Below, one piece after another: positions 37,298-43,690 of a stretch of DNA of 43,690 nucleotides. Positions within the stretch are counted from its first letter, which is position 1, and each line of letters opens with the position of its first letter. The stretch comes from Octopus bimaculoides. Taxonomy: Eukaryota. The stretch is taken from the NCBI RefSeq assembly GCF_001194135.2, contig NC_068981.1, positions 109,032,833-109,076,522 of the forward strand, in the 5' to 3' direction. The position numbers and the translations under genes are program-made. Below the pieces are notes generated by a model that was given only the letters and a program-made list of their open reading frames with translations, was not told where the DNA came from and made no database searches.

Positions 37298-37479
37298 AAC
37301 TGAACCGAGACGAATTTGCCGGGTATAATTTGGTCTATTTATAACAAATTATCGGCTCCAGGAGAAAATAAGAAAAACACTATCACGTGACCTTATTAGG
37401 GGCTGTGATTGGTCAGTTTGCGTTCTGGCGGGAACGGTATGAAGCTATTGCCGCTTCAAATAATAATCAGTCACGTGAT
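37298..37479 (-). promoter_or_regulatory. Candidate Pol II promoter: two TCACGTGA E-boxes, CCAAT box, TATA box, Inr-like TCAGTT
   Basis: GTCACGTGAT at 37470-37479, TGACCAATC on minus at 37415-37407, ATCACGTGAC at 37382-37391, TATAAATA on minus at 37343-37336, TCAGTT on minus at 37303-37298. CpG-rich, TE-free context. Confidence 0.6.
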
Positions 37480-37577
37480 GACAGGGAAATGTGTTTTCCA
37501 CTACGCTCGCGCTTGTTTATATTTAACAGCAGGGAAGATGGCTTCTTTGTATACAATGGCGATCGAGGTGTTAGTTT

Positions 37578-37582
<5 letters not shown>

Positions 37583-37645
<63 letters not shown>

Positions 37646-37647
37646 GC

Positions 37648-37683
<36 letters not shown>
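37583..37683. repeat. (TA)n(CG)(TG)n tract
   Basis: Directly visible. Confidence 0.97.
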
Positions 37684-37685
<2 letters not shown>

Positions 37686-37833
37686 AGATACATGCATGCA
37701 TACATACGGCATTGTTTTCGTTAGCTACATTCCAAAGATAGGGCTTTGTATCTGTGTTAGAAACCAGCTCCTTCTTCAGAGAAAGAATATAAAATGATTA
37801 AATACAGAGCACACACACAAACACCCACACACA

Positions 37834-37886
37834 CATACATACATACATACATACATACATACATACATACATACATACATACATAC
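37834..37886. repeat. (CATA)n microsatellite, 5' flank of LINE
   Basis: Directly visible. Confidence 0.98.
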
Positions 37887-38566
37887 TGCAACTCGAAACG
37901 ACAAATCGCGTATTTGGCGTGGGAGACTATCGAAAATACGATGAATACTATCTCCAACTCTGAAGCCATAACTATTAGCCTTGTTAAATAACTGGTTATT
38001 CTTCAGATGAATTAACTGAAGGAGACTTTCATACAAGATCGTAGTGATTTTCGACTGAAACTTGAATTTACCATGCTGAGAGTTACTACAAACAACATGG
38101 CTGGACACACCATCAACAACACAACCGTAGAACAGAATGGAAACAACAACTCAACAGGTAAGCAGATTCTTTCTAGCTATAACTATAGAAGAAACCGTAA
38201 CTACAAAATTCATTCATCGTGGAGTTATGAATTGAACACTGATTTATTTAACTGTTAACCCCGCTGTTGTATATATGAATTGATTGAAATCATATTGGGA
38301 TGATCTGCATACAGAACTAAATCATTTTACTGCGAAACAATTACGCCATCAAGCAACATTTGGGAAACATGGGAAGAAAATTAGTCAATGTAACTTCATT
38401 TTAAAAAAGAAATTAACCTTTTTCCCAACACCACGTGGTTTCGCAGTTAGCCACTTTCCAACAGATTCTATATTACCTGCCAGCCAAACTACATTACTGG
38501 CTAAACTAACAATCCATTGCCCCCTATTACGACAATGGTAAATAGCAGATACAACCGCAATGATTA

Positions 38567-38615
<49 letters not shown>

Positions 38616-41465
38616 CAAGATTATATATCGGTGAAATATACCCTTACTGAAATTTTTCGAGAAAAAATAACTGGCTTTGAAGTACTCTCTCAAAGGGAGA
38701 GTATTCTCTGCCAAAGTATATAAAAATCCACCGGGTACGGTATTAAAAGCTGTTAACGAAATTGGAGAAGAGTATTTACTTGCAGTGTAATAAACCCTCA
38801 TTCTGGTAGATTAACGCCTGTCTATATGCCCTGTCTACTACTGCAAATGGACGGCATTCAAAAAGTGAACAAAACTGAAACGAGGAAAGTGCCATCATGG
38901 GTTTTGAAGACAGAGGAAAAGATAGCTGATTTACGGAAGACCATCAGCCATGTGTTGATGCTTATTGCATGTAAACAAACAAATCACTACACGTCTCACC
39001 AACAAAAAGTAAAGAAGGATATAGAAGTGATGTTTGGAGATAGCAAAAAAAAGAATACTCACTTGCAAACTGATCACCCTCAAGCAGGAGCTAAAAGCTG
39101 TCAGTGAGAAACTCCAAAATCAGAAGAGAATAACAAAGAGTACAACAATAAACAAAAAATTTAACCGGAATCAGGCAGCAGAGTATAGAGACATGAGAGG
39201 AGATGCAGTGAACATCATAGAAGCTCCTTCACGAGAAGACACAGACGCCTTCTGGAGGAAAATCTGGAGCGAAGAGAAGGCGTTTAACCAAGATTCTCTG
39301 AGGCAGGAAGAAATTCGAAGCTATTTTCCCTGCATTACACCCCGACAAAACTGATCTCCAAATGCAGAACCACACACATAGCAAAAAACTACCGGCCAAT
39401 TGCATGCATGTTTAAACTTCTTCCAATACCATTGTGAAAGTAATAACATCATCACAGCAGAACAATCAACTAGGAAGAAGGGAGTCTGGAGATGTGCCGA
39501 GATATTGTTAATAAACTGTAATGCGGGAGCATAGGAGGAACCTCATTTCAATGTGGCTGGACGACAAGAAAGCTTTTGGCTCTGTTTCCCACTCATGGAC
39601 GCTAGAAGCCCTTCGACTTGCTAAGATTTTAGTGAGCATAGTCAAAGCCATTGCTGACCTGACTTAATTGTGGGCCACCATCTTGAATTTAATACAAGGA
39701 GTGATTGTATTATCACTGATAGAATACGGTATCGCAGAGGTATATTCCAAGGGGACAGTCTTTCTGTAATGTTGTTTATACTTTCTGTAAACTCCCTTGA
39801 CATTCACGTCAAAGATTTCTGAGAGATACCTCACTGGTTCACAAGGAAACAGAAATACCAAAATTACAAACTGTTTCTTTGTGGATGACCTGAAACTATA
39901 TACAAAGAAAATGCATGAGATTAAAAAGAGCCTTGACCTAGTTACAACATTCTCAAAGGATATAGGGTTGGAGTTTATGCAGGAGAAATGTTGTTATATG
40001 GTTGTGAAAAGAGGGAAAATTGTAAAACAAACTAACATCTCCATCAATGACTTAACTGTTTCCCCTGTATCTGACGAGGAATGTTACAGGTACCTCGGGG
40101 TAGATAAAAACATATCTTACGATGGCACCTGTAACAAGACACGTGTCACCAAAGACTATTTCAGCCGAATAAAGAAAACTCGGAACTCTCTGCATTCAAT
40201 AACACTGTCCACAATGTGTTTGCAGTACCAGTACTCATACCAGCATTTGGGCTACTTGATTAAACTTTTGATGAGATCCGAGCTATTGATGTAAAAGCCC
40301 GGAAGATACTAACAAGCACACATAATTTCCACATCGACCGCCTCTACCTAAAGCGAAAAGAAGGGGACAGAGACTTAACATCAATTCAGACTACCTTTGA
40401 ATGTCATATCATAACCCTTCGGCAACATCTTTTAACTGCCAAGTGTCGAAGTGCACTTCGACACAAGGGATGCTCCCTTGACCAAGTTTGCATACATGAG
40501 GCTGATAACATCATTAGACTTGGAAGGCAGCTCCTGGAGCAGCATTCTACCGCAACGTATCATCAGATGAAAGGATGTGCGTATATGAGCAGAAAACCAT
40601 GCATGGATATGTTAGTAGAACGCTCTGGGATCATAGTAACATTGATCATCAACGCAGTCTATCATGGACCAGCAACCAGATTACTAACTCTCACTTTGAA
40701 GGGTATGCCTTTGCAATCCAGGAACAGGAAATATCAACCAAACGCCTGATGCACAAAAGGGACAGAGACGCAGGAAAAGTAGTAAAATGTGATAACCGAT
40801 GCAAACTTAGTGGACTTAACCCCAAAGACATCACCCACATCATAAGCAGTTATCTGAAAATGTCATCACAGTATTATCTACTGATGAGACATGATGTTGT
40901 AGCTAGGACACTGTATAATGAGATCCGTCGGAAGGGTAACCCCGAGGCCAAAGAAATAAGAACCTACAGTATGGTAGAAGCTATAGCCACTCATAATAAA
41001 GAGGAGTACTGATGGAATGTTCCAGTAAAAATCTCAATAAAATGTACACATAACATACCTGACATTGTAATTTGGGATAGAGAAGAGAAATTGTGTACAG
41101 TTGTGGAAATCAGCTGCCCAGTGGATGTTAGCATAAAGATAAAGTCAGCAATAAAGAAAGTATCTACGCTGAACTATTGAGGAATCTATAGCTACTCTAT
41201 CCAGATTATAAGTTCGGGTTTATAACTGTAAATATGGAGGCACTGGGATATGTAACATTACCTAAATACCAATCTTGAAAAATTAGACTTCTCAAAACCA
41301 GAAAAGAGAAAGCTAATTCGAAGGCTACAGATCCAAGCCATCACTGGAACTGTAAAAATCTGTAAAACTTTCCAGAAGTTTATCATTTAAGTATATATGA
41401 GCATATCTAGACATGCAACTTTATGCATGAGAATACATACATAAAATAAAACATACAAATCCGCA
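37887..41465 (+). mobile_element. Apparently full-length R4/Dong-like RLE LINE, subfamily H, inactivated
   Basis: MKSYWDDLHTELNHFTAKQLRHQA (N-terminal Myb-like); DAFWRKIWS; YRRGIFQGDSLSVMLF; FFVDDLKLY; DNRCKL...DITHIISS...RHD; IPDIVIWDREEKLCTVVEISCP; ends ITGTVKICKTFQKFII-stop at 41390. Confidence 0.9.
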
Positions 41466-41517
41466 CATATACATACATACATACATACATACATACATAC
41501 ATACATACATACATACA
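41466..41517. repeat. (CATA)n microsatellite, 3' flank of LINE
   Basis: Directly visible. Confidence 0.97.
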
Positions 41518-41534
41518 TGCGTACGTACAAAACG

Positions 41535-41640
41535 AACAGTTTCGTCCATCGACTTTCACCGACAAGGCATTGGACAATCAGTGACTTCGATAAACGATAC
41601 TTATGTAAAGTGTTCCGCAGTGAGAACAAGCCCGAATCTA
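41535..41640 (-). mobile_element. Very old family-A SINE remnant
   Basis: ttcgtccatcgactttcaccgacaaggcattgg...acttatgtaaagtgttccgcagtgag loosely aligns to the family-A head. Confidence 0.4.
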
Positions 41641-43461
41641 GGTGGATGTAAAGTGAACTTCTTTACATCCACCATTTTGGTTGTTCTTCATATCGATTCT
41701 ACTTTACTCTAATAGCAAACATTAACTATTTACCATACAGTGATCAATTCTTGTTCAGTGTACTATCTGAAATGGTGAAACTATGTACCAGACTATCAGC
41801 TAGTGTAATAATATAAGATTAATCTCACAAAAGTTAGTAACAATTATTCGTTAGAAACCACTAAGCTTTCTTTTAACCTTATCCCCCATTTTCGATTAAT
41901 TTTATTGCACCTGTATCTGCGACAGTGAATGTAGCGAGTGACCTTTCGGTCGGTAGAGCAGCACATTATTGATTGAGCCAGCTTCGACTTCGCACATGTT
42001 TTACCAAACTACGGCATACAGATCTGCTGTGGAATTGATGTCTGCCTATCAGTTTTACTTTTGGACCTAGTTTTAACAAGATCAAATATTATGCAATCGA
42101 TGTCTATGCGGCAGCAATTCTACATTTAACATAACCATGTTAATCAATTATTTCACTAGACAATTAATATTGAATTCGAATAGCAGACAACATTACAATT
42201 TAATGTTCAACTTTCCAAATCGACCGTTTCTTTCTGTCACACTGACACTAACTTTCGTCCAGTCATTAATCTCATCTTATTTTCTTTTCCGTTCAACAAT
42301 AAGCATTAAATATAGAGGGTATATTTATTTCGACTTGATAGAATCAGCATCAATTCTTCAGTTAGTTTATACTGATATTCATTTACTTGAATTTGATATA
42401 ACCCCTCTGTACAGGCGTACAAAGTCAGCGTTCACAATTTTATCCAGCGTAAATTTTTAATCAATCAGAAATTTATAAAAGCTTCCCATAATACTGCGAG
42501 TGTGTAAAGTAGTCCAACAGAGAATATAACTGAACATAAATTATTCAACCATGTTCATACTAAAGTGCAGTCATAATCGGTTTTATAAATTTTCCAGTCA
42601 AATACAGGAGTCTATTTAATCGACTAACTACACCCAACAAACTTTTGTTGTTGTTGTTGTTATTGCTTCTGCTGCTGTTAATGATAATGATGCTATTAAT
42701 GTTGTTTGCGATTGATGATTTTTTTTTTTAGCTTGCCAACAAAGGGCTTAAGGACATTTGTGTGTCTATCCCATTATTCTGGGGCGAGACAATAAAAATT
42801 ATCGAAGACATTTAATACATTTTTGCAAACAATATATACTAGTGATTCAAAATGGTCAAGTCTTGATGGCTAGAAGAGCTGACCATAAATGTAGTAGTAA
42901 TAAATATGATCTAAAAAATTTGAAAATAATTTTGAAAAAGTTTAAGAAAAACAAAAAGAAAACAGAAAAATGTAAGCGAACAATCAAACACTTGTACAGA
43001 TGTCATTCTCACTTTAATAATCTCTAGTCTCGAAAGTTTGAAGTTTAATCCCAAAGCAACAAAAACAATACATCTTTTACTGATGTTGCGAGCCAGAGGA
43101 AAACACTGGACAAGAGTAACCTTCAGGTGAAGTATGTAGAAAAAATAACACTTTTTGCCAGGGAAATGGCAGGAATGAAAGTAACTATGTTTTACGCAAT
43201 ACAGTAAATAATGACAATAAGAAGAATATAAATACTAGATCTACTGACGGTGATGAGAAGATGGAGCATAGTAGAAGTAATAAGACCAATAGTAGCGAGT
43301 GGACCAGAGGTAGTAATGGGAAAATTAAGGGAAAAGATGATGGGAGTGGAGGTGGAGATGTGAGAAATACTGAAAATACGAGCATCGAAAACCAAGGTAG
43401 GCTAGTAAACAATAATATCAATGTTAAAACTAATAGGGAGGACAATATAAACAGCAATTAC

Positions 43462-43539
43462 GATGATGATGATGATGATGGTGACGACGACGACGACAAC
43501 AACAACAACAACAACAACAATAATAATAATAATAATTAA
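43462..43539. repeat. (GAT)/(GAC)/(AAC)/(AAT)n compound trinucleotide repeat
   Basis: Directly visible. Confidence 0.95.
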
Positions 43540-43690
43540 TTCGTTTTATTGGCCACAAGGGCTAATATCAATTAAAAACATATAAGGACAAAAGGTTTTG
43601 TCCGAAAAGGTAGGAAAGTTCGTCTAAACAGAGGAAGAAAACGGAGAAAGATATAATAAATAAATAGATAAATAAATAGATAAATAAATA

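Noticed and set aside
1-43690. Long ORF-track entries of poly-X, poly-L, poly-Y, poly-S, CV-repeats or LSIY-repeats
   Set aside because: They are translations of N-gaps and microsatellites, not genes.

Overview
AT-rich eukaryotic genomic DNA, dense in microsatellites, with seven N-gaps. The SINE/LINE repertoire looks like an octopus (coleoid cephalopod) genome, which is an inference from recognised repeat families. No intact host protein-coding gene is visible, and most ORF-track entries are microsatellite, gap or antisense artefacts. The window is dominated by decayed non-LTR retrotransposons. (1) About a dozen R4/Dong-clade pieces (RT, CCHC knuckle, PD-(D/E)xK restriction-like endonuclease), including two near-full-length copies at 15076-18585 (-) and 37887-41465 (+). 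Most abut (TAA)n-type repeats, but the second long copy is bracketed by (CATA)n. (2) An RTE-clade LINE whose APE half and RT/zinc-finger half face opposite ways across a gap. (3) Penelope-like fragments and a degenerate hammerhead-like motif. (4) tRNA-derived SINEs, one nested inside another with a target-site duplication. (5) Three copies of an unclassified ~550-bp noncoding element that always ends in a (TAA)n-type repeat. A TE-free, CpG-rich island at ~36.9-37.5 kb has the layout of a minus-strand Pol II promoter and 5' leader. All coordinates were read by eye and are approximate.
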